From assembly GCF_018350175.1 (NCBI RefSeq), contig NC_058368.1, positions 93,188,001-93,252,000 on the forward strand: 64,000 bases of DNA. Direction: 5' to 3'. The notes under the pieces were generated by a model. That model was not told where the DNA came from, searched no databases, and was given only the letters and a program-made list of their open reading frames with translations. Shown here piece by piece: positions 1 to 12,585 of the stretch. The stretch is from Felis catus (lineage: Eukaryota). The position numbers were made by a program, and so were the translations under genes. Position 1 is the stretch's first letter. The number at the start of each line of letters is the position of its first letter.

Positions 1-93
1 GTGAACCTTATCAAATATGAAGGATGAGAAGGAAGATTTAAAATCACACATAAAAATAATCATTAAATTTAAGTGTGCTAAATATCCAAAAAA

Positions 94-204
94 TTTTTTA
101 ATATTTTAATTTTAAGCAATCTTTATTCCCAAAGTGGGTGCTCAAACTCACAACCCCAAGATCAAGAGTCACACGCTCTACTGACTGAGTCAGCCAGGTG
201 CCCC
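94..204 (-). mobile_element. Can-SINE, short old subfamily
   Basis: Reverse complement reads ggggcacctggctgactcagtcagtagagcgtgtgactcttgatc followed by an A-rich tail. Confidence 0.85.
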
Positions 205-701
205 TAAACAACCAAATTTTAAAAAGATCATCAACATATTTCAAAATATTAAACCCAACTATATGCTGCTTTTAGATACAACTGAAAAGTGAAAGAATAT
301 CAGATATTTAAACTAAAAATATTTTTAAAATCTGCCATAAAGAATACTTAACAAAGCTAGTGTACCTATACTAACCAAAGAGAGTTTGCTGTAAGGGAAA
401 AAGCATTAGTTGAGATAAAGAGGAACATTTTATAATGATAAAATCATCAAGTCACCAGGAAGAGTTAATAATTAAAAATACATGTGCCTTTAATAAGAGA
501 GCATCTAAACCTATAACATATAAAATAAAAATAGCAAGAAAAGAAAAATCTGTGATTGTAGTTAGAGACTTTAACACACTTAGTAGTCACTGAGATCAAG
601 CAGATTGAAAAAAATAATTCAAAAATCCTATGAAAGATTTGACCAACACAATGAGTAAGCCAGACAGAAGTGAATGCCTAGTACTGAAAGTAGAAATTAT
701 T

Positions 702-897
702 GGGGCACCTGGGTGGCTCAGATGGTTAAGCATCTGGCTCTTGATTTTGGCTCAGGTCATGATCTCACAGTTTGTGAGTTTGAGCCCTACAGAGTCTGCT
801 TGGGATTCTCTCTCTCCCTCTCTCTCTGCCCCTCCTATGCTCTCTCTCTCTCTCTCTCAAAAAATAAATAAACTAAAAAATTTTTAGAAAAAAAAAG
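702..897 (+). mobile_element. Can-SINE with a small internal deletion
   Basis: ggggcacctgggtggctcag head, (CT)n, aataaa and A-tail; imperfect TSD aagtagaaattatt / aagtaggcattatt. Confidence 0.9.
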
Positions 898-1115
898 AAG
901 TAGGCATTATTTGCAAAGACTGGAGAACACTTATCTTACGTTGCCTGCAAAAAGTCTCCAGAACTGTCAAATGATTGGAATCATACAGGGTATCCTCTCT
1001 GATCACAGTGGAATTAAGCTAGAAATAACTTTTAAAATGTTAACTGAAAGATCTCCATTCATTGGAGGGTAACCAAAACATGGATAAATAAACCATGAAA
1101 CAAAAAAGAAATCAT

Positions 1116-1315
1116 GAGGCACCTGGGTGTCTCAGTCCTATGAGCGTCTGACTCTTGATTTTCCTTCAGGTCATGATCCCAGGATCATGGTATCAAGCCC
1201 ATCACTGAGTTCTGTGCTGAGTGTGGAGCCTGCTTAAGATTCTCTCTCTCCCTCTGCTCCTCTCTCCCACTTGAACTCTCTTTCTCTGTCTCTAAAATAA
1301 AATAAAATTTAAAAA
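1116..1315 (+). mobile_element. Can-SINE
   Basis: tRNA-like head gaggcacctgggtg, caggtcatgatcccagg, CT-rich segment, A-tail. Confidence 0.9.
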
Positions 1316-1625
1316 TTGCAATGGAAATGAAGCCTATTTAAAATAAATTAATATAAAAAAGAACAACATTTATAGAATACAGGCAAAGGGATCTTAGAAG
1401 AAAAAGAATTGATATAGCTTCTCATGTATATAACCTTACATTTTTTTCGTATATGTATAGCTCTCATTAGAAAAGAAGCATGCTTTAAAAAATCTGCATT
1501 ATAGTCCTCTATGTTCAGAAGTTAGAAAAGTCATGCATGCATATCAAACTTAAGAAGAGAAATCAGGTCACAAAAAAGAGCAGAAAGAAATAAAATAGGA
1601 ACTAAAATTATAATTAAGAAAATCA

Positions 1626-1778
1626 GGGGCGCCTGGGTGGCTCCGTCGGTTGAGCATCCAACTCTTGATTGTGGCTCAGGTCAAGATCCCAGGGTTGTGG
1701 AATCAAGCCTTCCATTGGTCTCCACGCTGAGCATGGAGCATGCTTGAGAACATCTCTCTCTCTCTCTGTCTCTCTCTG

Positions 1779-1809
<31 letters not shown>

Positions 1810-1876
1810 ACCTCCTGCCTCTCTCCCCTGCTTGTGTGCTCTCTCTCTCAAAAAAATTAAGTAAAAAAATATAATG
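1626..1876 (+). mobile_element. Can-SINE
   Basis: ggggcgcctgggtggctc head, long (CT)n, tail; TSD aagaaaatca / aagataatca. Confidence 0.9.
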
Positions 1877-2930
1877 AAGATAATCAAAGTTAAAAAATAG
1901 TGTCTTAAAAACGTGAATCAAAGTGATTAACGCTTAGTGAAAGTGAATTAATAAATAGGAGAGAAAGAAAAAAGCAATACAGAGGATGAGAAGAGGTTAT
2001 GGGTCAGATACTGCAAATATTAAAAATATAAGAAGAGGATATTACCAAGATTTTGATACCAATGCTTATCAAATTTCAGATAAGTAAAAATTCCTGGAAA
2101 AATCTTTTAACAAAAAGAAAAAAATGACTACCCTGTAACTATAAGGTAATTGAATCTATAATTAAAAACATAGCCATGAGGAAAAATCTGGGTCCAGATG
2201 GCTTTATCAATGAATTCAACAACTATTTAAGGAAAAACTACCACCCATCGTACTCAAACTTTTCCAAACAGAAAAAAGAGGAAAAACTTTCTGGATCATT
2301 TTAAAAGCCTGGCATAATCTTATCAAAACTAGTCATGCATATTAAAAGGAAGCAAAGTTAAGATACATATTTAATAATGATTGGTTGAAAAATATTTGTG
2401 AAAGATCAAAATCAGCAATATATAAAAAGGCTAATATGTCATTAAGAGATCAGACTTACTCTGGAAAAGAAAAGTTGGTTCAACATTTGAAAATAATCAA
2501 TTTAATTCACTTCATTAAGAGAATAGACAAGGGGGGGAAGTCATCTCAACTGATACATACAGAAAGAGCATTTGAAAAAATTTAACACCCATTCATACTA
2601 ATGAAAAACAAAACAATGAGCAAACTAAGAACCAAAGGGAAATTTCTTGATTTGAGCAAGGAGGAAGCATATACATGCAAACAACCTACGGTAAAATCAC
2701 CTCAGTAGAAAAATGTTAAAAATTTTGCCTCATAAAATCAGAAATGATACCAGAATGTTGATTAACACCACCATTGTATTGAACACAGCACTGAAGTTCC
2801 TTCTCAGTGTAATAAGTCAAGAAAAGAAGAAAAAAGGTAACAGAACCAGAAGGGAGGAAATAATACTGTTATTTATAAGTGACAGATTACTATATAAAAA
2901 TTCAAAAGAAAACAAATGATCAAGTTAATA

Positions 2931-2972
2931 AATGTACTGGTGATATCCAAAAATGTACTGGTGATATCCAAA
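2931..2972. repeat. Perfect 21-bp tandem duplication (aatgtactggtgatatccaaa x2)
   Basis: Read directly from the sequence. Confidence 0.95.
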
Positions 2973-3864
2973 AATTAATTTGTATTTCTATAGCAGCAAC
3001 AATTGGAAAATAAAATTTTAAAACAGATGTAATTTACTGAAGCACGAAAAATATCAAATACCTAGGAAAATCTGTAAAAACATATGTAAGATCCCTAATC
3101 ATAAAGCCAAAAATCATCACTAAGATTAATTTTTAAAAAGTGACATAGAGATATTTATGTTCATGAATCAATTAACTGAGTTCTGTGAGAATAAGTGTCA
3201 GTCATTTGTCCTTAGAACGATCTATAGATTCAAAGCAAACTCAGTAAAAATCCAAGCAACCATTGTTTGGGGAAACTGACAAGCTAATTCTAAAGTTCAC
3301 AAGAAAACTACAAAATGTGAAAACATTCAAGCCACTACTGAAAAATAACAAGAAGGGATTATTATCCTATCAGGGTTTAATTTTTTTTTTTTAAGTAATA
3401 AAACGATGAAGCACTTGGCTTATACTGGAGAATAGTTTCATAATCTGAATTACAAAAAAAAATCCATAAACAAAAGTGCTACTCATAAAGGAAAATTTTG
3501 CTAAAATGAATGATATTAAAATGAAGAAATTCTGTTCATTATAAGATGCCACTGAGACCGTGAAAAAGCAAACCAGAGAGAGGAGAATGTCTGTTGTACT
3601 TATTATAACCAGCAAAGGATTCCCCTTCTGAATCTAGAAAGACATCATACCAATGAAAAAGAGGAAGACTGATATTCCAATAGAAATAAAGAAAACATGT
3701 GAACAGGTGCTTCGCCAAAGAGGATATTCAAATGGCAATATATATTTGAAAAGGTCTTAGACCTCAGGACTTCACAGAGAACTGGAGATGAGAAATGTAA
3801 TATTACCACCACACACCCACAGGAGTAGCAGTAATAAAAATTATGGATAATATCAAATGTTCTA

Positions 3865-4335
3865 TGCAGGGGAGCAGCATATGCAGATGATTGTGATATT
3901 GGTTATTCTGAATTCAAGTTACTTGAGAAACAGTGCAAGAAGGACACTGGTCCTGGTCTCCCTGGAAGCAGGAAATGTGTCTCCCATGTGAAAGGTGCCC
4001 CTCTTGCACAAAGAGAGTACAGGTCATCCTTATCATCAGAGATAGGAATTTAGGACTGAGAAGGCTGTATAAACAAACCTATTCCCTCCTCACTAATTTA
4101 CTACTGCAAGCCCCAAGCCCCTTAGTCTTGTCAATTCTTCACAAATTTATTATTTCCTCATCTAAAAGTTATAAAAGCCTCCTGCTTTGATAACTTTGCA
4201 GTCTCGTATTTTTTAAGGGGCTCCCATAAATATGCAATTAAATTTGTTTTTCCCTTGTTAATTTGTCTTAAGTCAATTAATTAGGCCAACCAAAGAACCT
4301 GGAAAGGTAGAAGGAAAATTTTTCTGCCCCCTACG
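3865..4335 (+). mobile_element. Solo ERV1-class LTR (MER34/MER39-like) inserted in the old L1
   Basis: Inverted termini tgcagggg...cccctac(g); near-TSD tcta/tgta; TATAAAA 4170-4176; ATTAAA 4237-4242; 3' end aagaacctggaaaggtagaaggaaaattt resembles the MER34 family; L1 sequence resumes on both sides. Confidence 0.75.
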
Positions 4336-4821
4336 TGTAGAACATATGGATCAAGATGAACTCTCATCCGCTACTTCCTAGGATCAATAGAACTACAAAC
4401 TGGTGTAGCCACTTGGGAAAAGTTTGTCAATAGCTACTTACACATGGGGTTGCCCTAGGACCAAACAATGCTGTTCCTAGGCAGATATCCAACAGGATCG
4501 CATGTACATATCTACCGAAAGATATTTTCAAGAACATGCATGGAAACGTGATTTATTCAAGCTATATAAATTAGAAACAATCCAAATGTCAATCAGCAAT
4601 AGGATGAATATATTACAATATATGCATACAATAAGGCACTAACCATAAATATGATAAAAAATATATGATAGATCTGAAAAGTATGATGATAAGCAAAAGA
4701 TACCAGCCACAAAGGTATGCAGTGTAGTTTTCTTTTATGTAAACTTAGAAAATAACCTGCAGGAATAAAGTCATGATGGTGATCACCAGGAGGAGCAGTC
4801 TATTAATAAGAAGCATAAAAA

Positions 4822-5033
4822 GGTTCCTGGGTGGCTCAGTTGGTTCAGTATCCAACTCTTGATTTCAGCTCAGGTCATGATCTCACGGTTGGTGAGCTCA
4901 AGCCCTGAGTTGGGCTCTGTGCTGACAGCGTGGCATCCTTGGGATTCTCTCTCTGTTTCTCTCTGACTCTCTCTCTCTCTGCCTGCCCCCCATTCACATG
5001 TGTGCTCTCTCTCAAAATAAACTTTTAAAAAAA
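4822..5033 (+). mobile_element. Can-SINE
   Basis: Head, caggtcatgatctcacgg, (CT)n, tail; TSD-like aagcat on both sides. Confidence 0.9.
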
Positions 5034-6414
5034 GCATTAGGAGGACTTTTGGGAGACAGGGAGGAATCTTATTTTCTATAACACCAACCCTGATGTTATA
5101 TTAATATTATATATTGGATATTGATACATGAATATCTTTACCCCAGTGTGCATGACTGTCAGGACTGTTCATTGTGTAACTTAAAATTTAAGGACAAAAG
5201 AATATAGAGCTATGTGGCTAGCAAAGTAGTTCAGCTGAAAGTCCCCAAGCTTGGGTGTCTCCCTATTTGGATGTGATCCATACTTGTGTTAGTCTTTGTC
5301 AAACTGGTGACCTACATGGATCCTCATGCAATGATTTGGGGCATCAGAAGCTGCATCGGAGTGTCTGAGGTCTCTGTAATGAAGTTGCAGATTGGCTTAA
5401 ATTTTTTTTAAAGCTAAGTAAAGCTGGTGCTGCATACATCTAATTGCACATCTTATATCTGGGAATTCAAACCTATAACCCGCTCAAGTGGCCTTATTAA
5501 TTGTAAGTTGTGTACATGTGTTTGCTTTGTGATGATTCATTTATTTGTGTACTTTGGGGGATGTGTTTTTACTTCGATGAAAAAGCTTAATACCATGAAC
5601 CAGCCTGTATGTCCCATCTTCAGTCTTCTCATTTCCATGTAGGGCTCTCTGCCTACCATGATGGAACACAGATATGTATGTATATGTACATATGTATATG
5701 TTTGTGTGTATACGAGTGTGCATGGGCGTATCACTACTGGTTAGAATTATAAATCTTCATTGCTCCTGAGTGATTAACTCCTACATTTGTAAAGAAAGAG
5801 TTCTATAGCTTCTGGCTTTCTCCAAAATTCTATTTCGGGGGGTGGGGGAGAGTTTTCTGTTTCCTACCTCTACATGCCTACTTCAAGTGAGCCACCTCTT
5901 CAGTTTTTCCATTACAGTTTTTGTCACTTGGTGATCACAGTTTTCCACAATGAAGCCTTTTACCTATTTTACAGGAGTTACAAGGAATTGAAAAGATCAT
6001 GTAGGCCAAGTTGTATACAAAGTGCAAAGTAGCTGGTGAGGCCCACTTACTAAGTCATTAACTACTTCTGCACACCAGTAGCAAGGTATAAGCACTTGTG
6101 AGCCATGCCCCTGGATGATTTCAAATTTCTACACGTTGTGGACATGGCTGCCTGACCAAGTTGTAACTCTGACTGCAAAATCCACACATGCCAAGAGATG
6201 AGACAATTATATTTTTTTCATTTCTCCCCTCCCCTAATCAAGTGCCAGCCATTTGCGATCAGCTCTGTTCCTGCCAAATATGTTTTGAGTACATTTTAAC
6301 AAAATAAGTAAAATGAATGAAAATGGAGTATGTTTCTTTATTCTTCACTTATTTACTATGACACATCAAGAATCCTTCTAGGGCTAGCAAAAGCGAAGAA
6401 ATTCTTGGGTTTTG

Positions 6415-6540
6415 AGCGGTCACGTGTGATGGTTTACCCAGGACAGTCCTTGTATATATGTGTTATCCTACGTCACTATTAATAGTCACTCTTCTGCTTA
6501 AAAATCCCAATTAGGACAGAAATTCAAACAGTTACTTTAC
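6415..6540. mobile_element. hAT-Blackjack MITE remnant (MER94-like)
   Basis: ggtttacccaggacagtcc...ctattaatag...aggacagaaatt resembles the recalled MER94 consensus. Confidence 0.5.
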
Positions 6541-6546
6541 TTCCCT

Positions 6547-6930
6547 GTATTTGTACCAGTTAGTTATAGTCACAATAACGTTGTGTAACAACCACAAAAT
6601 GTCAGGAGCATACAGTAAGTATTTGTTTATCTCATGAGAACGTGCACAGCCTGCAGTTAGCTAATTTAAGCCAAGGTGACTACTTCACATGTCTCTCTTC
6701 ATCGTCCTCAGACCCAAAGGCAAACATGGGCATCTTCTCCCATCATGGCAAAGAGCAAGACCAAATGCATAATACTCCCCATGCTTTTCATGACATCATG
6801 CCCACTAACATCCCACTGACTCAAGCAAACCACACAGAAATTCCAAGTCAAGGGGCATAAAAATATACTCTATGTTTTTAGTGGAAGGAGCTACAAAGTC
6901 ATATGGCAAAGAATCTGAACACAGGGAGGA
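6547..6930 (-). mobile_element. Old MaLR LTR (MLT1 family)
   Basis: cacaataacgttgtgtaacaaccac and cactaacatcccactgactcaagcaaacc...acaaagtcatatggcaaag are typical antisense MLT1 motifs. Confidence 0.65.
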
Positions 6931-8282
6931 TGCTCTCTACTATAGCTCTTCACGAGTGCCAATAATGGCCACCGTGTTTGAGAAGTCTCTGAAGGAGATC
7001 TTCAACATTGCAAGCTGGAAAGATGATTTTACCAGTCACATTACCCTGTGGTATCTTTTGTAGGACCATGTGAGATGACTGTTATCACAAGCTGAAGCTA
7101 TCTGGCTTCAGCATCTAAGCCCAGTAGATAAGACTGACACTGGTAGAGCTGTGATCCTTTTCTCTCAGAACCCTGCCTCTAATTCTGTACATTGACTGCA
7201 CATGAGTGAGGCTGAGTCCCCAAAGTGTGTGCAAGCCCAACTTTTCTTCTGCTGCCTGTTACAGAACACTCACTTTCTGCTCAGCCTTTTCATGGACAGA
7301 CAACAGAAACAGAGGCAGGAACAATCAAACACAGCTTGAGGTACAGAAACACTTTTCCTTAAAGACAGAGCTAATGGACTTCTCCCAAACTGTGTAAACC
7401 ATATTCCATTAATAATGAGGGAAATCTCGCATGTACTTCAGTGAAATGTTCCAGAAGCCATCAAAGTTGCATCATTGTACTCTCTGTGCTGGGTTTAAGG
7501 AGACAGATTTATATAGTCTCCCTATTTCCACCTGCTCTAAAGTTCTTACCCGGTCATTCAAGTAGGGGACTGTCCAATAGGAAAGAAACTCTCTAGTAAT
7601 ACCTACCATCTCTTGCTCTCTTCGTATTTCCTATCCATAGAGAAAGTGAAATGATGTGTATACATCTAAGGTGTCAATTTTCAAGGCTCTGAAAAATTAG
7701 ACAAGTACATACTGGCTGTCACAGCTGACCATTCTAGCTCAATAGACAGAAGCAATTATCTAAAAACTATCCTGGTCAAATTAGATGGGATGGCTGGAAC
7801 ACAGCCCTGGCGCTGGGAGATGAGTAACCAAATTAAGCTGTACCATTAAGGTGATGTGAGATATTAGGTCATAGAGCCTCCATTTCCTTATCTAAACCAA
7901 ATTATACTGAACAGTTTCCATGAGTCCTGCTAATTATCTCCAAATTTATGGAGTCAATGATGAACTCATGATGCAGTGCCCACTGTGGGTGCTCAAATTT
8001 CACTAGGAAGAAAAGACCCAGCCGTTATGGTATCCTGGACAAGGACAGAGGTACTAATACTTCTCAGAGGGAACCTGTTCTTTCTTCTCATCCTCTTTTC
8101 ATTTATTAATTTCCTAAACGAATCCTCCAACTCTCCAGTTAGGAACCTAATGCTTCCCATTACTCAGTCCATCTTAACCTGCACAATTCCTTTTGTGGGT
8201 TGGAGACTATAAAACAATAAATGGATAAATGGTCAATGACAGAAATAATGATGTACCATAAATCCTCTGTCCTCTACTTTAA

Positions 8283-8480
8283 TATCATTCACTCATTCAT
8301 TCATTCATTCAAACATTTCTAGAACCAGGCAGCAAATGAATGCAAAGATTATTTCTTTCAAAGGGTACAGAATCCAGTAGGCATATGAGTTCACACATAA
8401 TGACCCCTCAGCTCTAGCAATGTCACACATGTTGTTATTAAGATTCATACAAAGGTTGTGGATGTCCAAGGAAATGAAGA
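8283..8480 (-). mobile_element. L2 3' end fragment
   Basis: (TCAT)n tail followed by degenerate L2-like sequence. Confidence 0.45.
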
Positions 8481-8729
8481 CCTAACTGTAAATAACTTTT
8501 CAAGCAATGATTCACACTCTTAAACTGAGCTGTGCTTTACAAAGTCTTTGATGCTGATGATTTTATTCCCCAATGTCCTATGCTGGAGATCTAAGGCTTT
8601 CCTTACCAATATCCTCTTTTTGCAGAAAAAGCTAAGGCTGAGAGAGGTTTAATATCTTGCTTTTAGATATTATTGGAATTATACAGATATTACACACACA
8701 TATACATAAATATATAAAGATACTCCTAA

Positions 8730-8934
8730 CCGTTATATTTTAACATTTTTTTTTAATTTTAGAGAGGGAGAGAGTATTAGAGCAGGGGAGAAGGGCAGAG
8801 AGACACAGAGAGAGAATCCCAAGCAGGCTCCACACCTAGTGTGGAGCCCAACACGGGGTTCTTTCCAATGACCCTGGGATCATGACCTGAGCCAAAATCG
8901 AGTCAGATGCCCTACTAAGTCACCCAGGTATCCC
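8730..8934 (-). mobile_element. Can-SINE
   Basis: Poly-T, (AG)n, gatcatgacctgagcc, cacccagg; TSD aagatactc / aagacactc. Confidence 0.9.
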
Positions 8935-9688
8935 AAGACACTCTTAGTAATTTAAACTAGTAATCACACACCTAAGAATTTAGCTAGTTTGACTTTCTTG
9001 AATATACAATATAAATATCCTGTGGGAAGTTTATTGTCAGTCCAGATTCCTGTACAATAGATAGATAATAAGGCTGATGATCCTTAAGTGTGGAAATACT
9101 CTTGACCAAAAAAACCTTAAATATCTCAGTTATATTAATTATCATATTTCCCTGAGATCAAAAAATACATTATGCATATTGAAAAGATTTTCCAGCAAAG
9201 ATAAATATAGATGATTCCCTGTCATTAATAAAATGATTAGTGTGTTAATAAAAATAACTAAATGAAAATGTTTTAACCAAAAATCTATATTCCCTAAGTA
9301 GCTAGTTCAATATATTATTATGTTCAATTTAGAGCAAAAAATAAAGAATAATTTAGATAAAACTGTTTCCCAATCTGTATTTTTTCCCAAGTTTTAAAAT
9401 GTATTTTATTTTTCAAATCTCTAGAAACCTGTCTTCTTGATACTTCATATATACTTCATAAATGAAATCAGATTTCTTTTTCCCATTAAAAATATGCTTA
9501 AATTTTTCCAATGTACAGTCTCTACCTCCCAAGTCCAGATTTGGATAGTTTGTAAAATCTCTGAAAGAAAAATCACAACATCTTAGAGAAGAAAGCAAAA
9601 CTTTTTATTCCTCAAATAAATGATACCATGTTAAAAAAATCTCTAAGAAATATATTAAATATACTCATGTTCAATGCCACAGTTTTAA

Positions 9689-9903
9689 ATTCTTTTAAAT
9701 TGTTTATTTTATTTTGTTTTTATTTCAGAGAGAGAGAGATAGTGAGAGCAGGGGAGGGGCGGGGGGGGGGAGAGAGAGACAGACAGACAGACAGAATCCT
9801 AAGTAGGCTCTACTCTCAGTGCAGAGCCTGATGCAGGGATTGATCCCATGACCCTGGGACCATGACCTGAGCCAAAATCGAAAGTCAGATGCTCAGGTTC
9901 CCG
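9689..9903 (-). mobile_element. Can-SINE lacking its A-box segment
   Basis: Perfect 18-bp TSD tcaatgccacagttttaa at 9671-9688 and 9904-9921. Confidence 0.9.
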
Positions 9904-10364
9904 TCAATGCCACAGTTTTAAGTATAACTCACAGTGAAGGAAAAATTACTTTACAAAATACAATGGTGTGCCTTACTTTAAGTAAATCTGTGGAAATAAA
10001 ATGATGGTTTGCATTACATTAAAATTCTCCACTCTAGTGAAAACCTTGTGACCAGAATCAACTGTTGTTATACAGTAGGTAACTAGCAGGGGGAAGAATG
10101 GGGTAGGTCAAAAATTAGGATGAGATAAGATAAAAGCCACAAATAATCAGTAAAGAAGATAAATATTCTTAAAATCACAGTGTAAATCAACAAAAAAAGT
10201 ATTACTGAATTTACAAACGTACACACATGCAGAGAGGTAGAACTTGCTTTACCCCCAATTTCAGACCTTTATCTGTTACATGAAATGAATCACAACTTTG
10301 TAAACAGTCAATATTATTGAGCATTTCTCAGTAACTTCACAGTCTCATTATTAATAATTTCAAC

Positions 10365-10548
10365 TAACTGAGGGTTTATTTTTGCCATCAATGGGACTAG
10401 GCACTTTATGTAGCATTGGATTTCAATTTTAATTGTCACATTTCTCCCTATAACAGAAAACAATCACAGGTTAATTGATGTGTCCAAGATGACATAACTA
10501 ATAAGACACAGAGTTAGGATTTGAATCCAGCTTTAACTAATTCCAAGT
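10365..10548 (-). mobile_element. MIR
   Basis: aattgatgtgtccaagatgacataactaataagacacagagttaggatttgaatccag matches the MIR core. Confidence 0.6.
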
Positions 10549-10581
10549 AGTTGGTCAACTCCACCACACTATACAACTTTT

Positions 10582-11006
10582 AGTGTGTGTGTCTGTGTGT
10601 ATGTGGGCATGTGTGTATTTATGTGTATATGTGTACGCATTTGTGTATGTGTTTGTGCGTGGATGTGTGCGGACACATGGATAAGTGTGGATGTGTGCAT
10701 ATGTGTGAAGATGTGTATGTGGATGTGGATGTATAGGTGTGTGTGCATTTGTGTGTATGTATGTATATGTTTGGGTATGTGTATATCTATGGGTACATAT
10801 GCGTGGATGTATGTGTGTGCATGTATGTATATGTGTGGAGTGTGTGTATGTATATGTGTGTGCATTTGTGTAAATGTGTGTGCATTCATGTACATGTGTG
10901 GGTGGGTGTGGATGTATGTGTACATGTGTGTATGTACGTGTACATATGTCTATACATGTGTAGGTGTGGGTGTGCATGTATATGAATATGTGTGTATATA
11001 TGTGTA
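10582..11006. repeat. About 425-bp degenerate (TG)/(TA) alternating purine-pyrimidine low-complexity tract
   Basis: Read directly; built from units such as gtgtat, gtggat and gtgcat. Confidence 0.95.
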
Positions 11007-12109
11007 TTTCCTTTATTTCCTTCATCACAGACTCTAGTTTTGAAGGTCCACAGATTCAAGGATATTTTACTTACCATTATGCTTCTACCATCTAACTATC
11101 TCATGGCTTGGGGTAAACACTCAGTAAATATTCTTTTGCTGATTGGCCCATAAGACCCAGGCCAGTATTCTACCAACTATATCATGATCCTGCTGTTGAA
11201 ATACTAAGCATTCAGGATCTCAGAGGAATGCTACCTCTACTCCCCAGAAGAGCTCAAAATATACATGACAAAACATAATGATGAATTAAGTCGCCACCAT
11301 CACAGATTAGCAGGAGAACTATACCAATTTCAGAGGAACAGCATGGAGAAAACACGGTTCCAATCCTTGTTCGGTTTTAAGAAATAACACATTTACTTCT
11401 GAGTGAGCAAATCATTTCCCCATTCCCAAACCGGGGAATCACGTTCACAAAACAGTTATTAAAAGCTTAAAAATCAGAGTTTAAAAGTTCATCGTGTCAG
11501 TTTCCCGGATTCATGTCCCCTGATGGCATAACATGGTATTAACTATGTGCTTTTCTCTTTTCCAGTCAGATTGGAAGGAAAAAATGATCTTTTATTTAGC
11601 CATTCAATATAATGCCCATGATCAGAGTGAGGCCACACCATCAAATGGGCACGTGACTGAGTGCCAGTCACCCAATTAACACTGACAGCCCCTTCCTAGG
11701 GGCTAATGTGGCCATGACTCCCCTAGTCTGGAGCCACTTTGGCAGTGATGATTTTAGAGAGTTATTAAAACCTTGCTCGACTCTGGATAGTATACCTCCT
11801 TACAAAAGCCATATATGCACTTACTGGTCCTGACATAATGGATAGCGCTTTGGAAACTCTCTGGTAATGAATTCTAGCAAACAAAGAGAAACATCTCAAG
11901 GAAAGTGATTTACATTCTGCTTACAAAGAGATAGTAGGTGCCTGGATATAATTCAGCTCAAAACTTATTGGTCCTAATATATGACCATACATACAGAGAG
12001 CATTTCCACCTTACTCTACCCATGATCTAAAACGCTTTGACATCAATTACTTTTTGGGAAATAGAGCAAAAAGTCAAGAAAAATAGACTATGTCAGTGAA
12101 TATCTTTGT

Positions 12110-12295
12110 ATATACCAATATCCTATTAGGTCTTAAATTCCTCCAATAATCCTGTGGGGCAAGCACTACTGTCCCATTTTACAGGTGAGGAAATTGAGAT
12201 TCAGAGAAGCGAAGCAACTTTTCCAGATCACCAATTTACTCAGAGACGAAACCCATTTTCAGTGCACAAGGTCCGGTTCTTTCCATGATTCTACC
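12110..12295 (-). mobile_element. MIR
   Basis: cccattttacaggtgaggaaattgagattcagagaag is the MIR core. Confidence 0.75.
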
Positions 12296-12585
12296 TACTC
12301 TTTTCTTCTGGACTGTGTTTGCAGATGGTAAGACGTCCCATCACACCTTGCCCGGTGCTGTGGTTGCTTCCGTAAGAAGTTCTACTTCCTTAGGCTCTAC
12401 ATTACAGATCCAATAAATCAATTTCTGATGATTTTGGAAAAATCATTTGGAAGAAATGAAGCATGAAAAGGAGAATAGAAACAGTGAGGGTCATGGCTGC
12501 ACTGTTCATAATTATAAAAACAGATAAATAAAAATAAGGAAACAATCACAAGTGCATTGATAGCAGATTGAATAAAGTACAATGA

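Larger units (their letters stand above)
1..5090 (+). mobile_element. Ancient, heavily decayed LINE-1 (L1M-type): ORF2 remnant through 3'UTR, interrupted by 5 SINEs and one LTR
   Basis: A-rich plus strand with colinear degenerate ORF2 landmarks: EN (aacccaactatatgctg ~251; ctctgatcacagtggaattaagctagaa ~997), RT (ggtccagatggcttta ~2191; gaaagagcatttgaaaaaatttaacacccattcat ~2562) and C-terminal/3'UTR (gaaacaatccaaatgtc ~4574). Boundaries approximate. Confidence 0.8.

Noticed and set aside
630..887. ORFs with GAPGWL / LAQVMIS / LSLSLS peptides, recurring at 1669, 17666, 26528, 36275, 39823, 40368, 47529, 53059, 59911 and 60743
   Set aside because: They are translations of Can-SINE bodies and (CT)n tracts, not genes
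5955..6042. Plus-strand exon-like segment (ttttacag|...ctg|gtgagg)
   Set aside because: Stops in all three frames and no supporting context; such splice-like pairs arise often by chance
10555..11077. His/Thr-rich and Cys/Val/Met-rich ORFs up to 157 aa
   Set aside because: Artefacts of the alternating TG/TA low-complexity tract
12295..12333. tttgcag|ATG|gtaaga, a possible 3-nt microexon on the plus strand
   Set aside because: Directly abuts a MIR, has no other support, and is on the opposite strand to the better exon candidate
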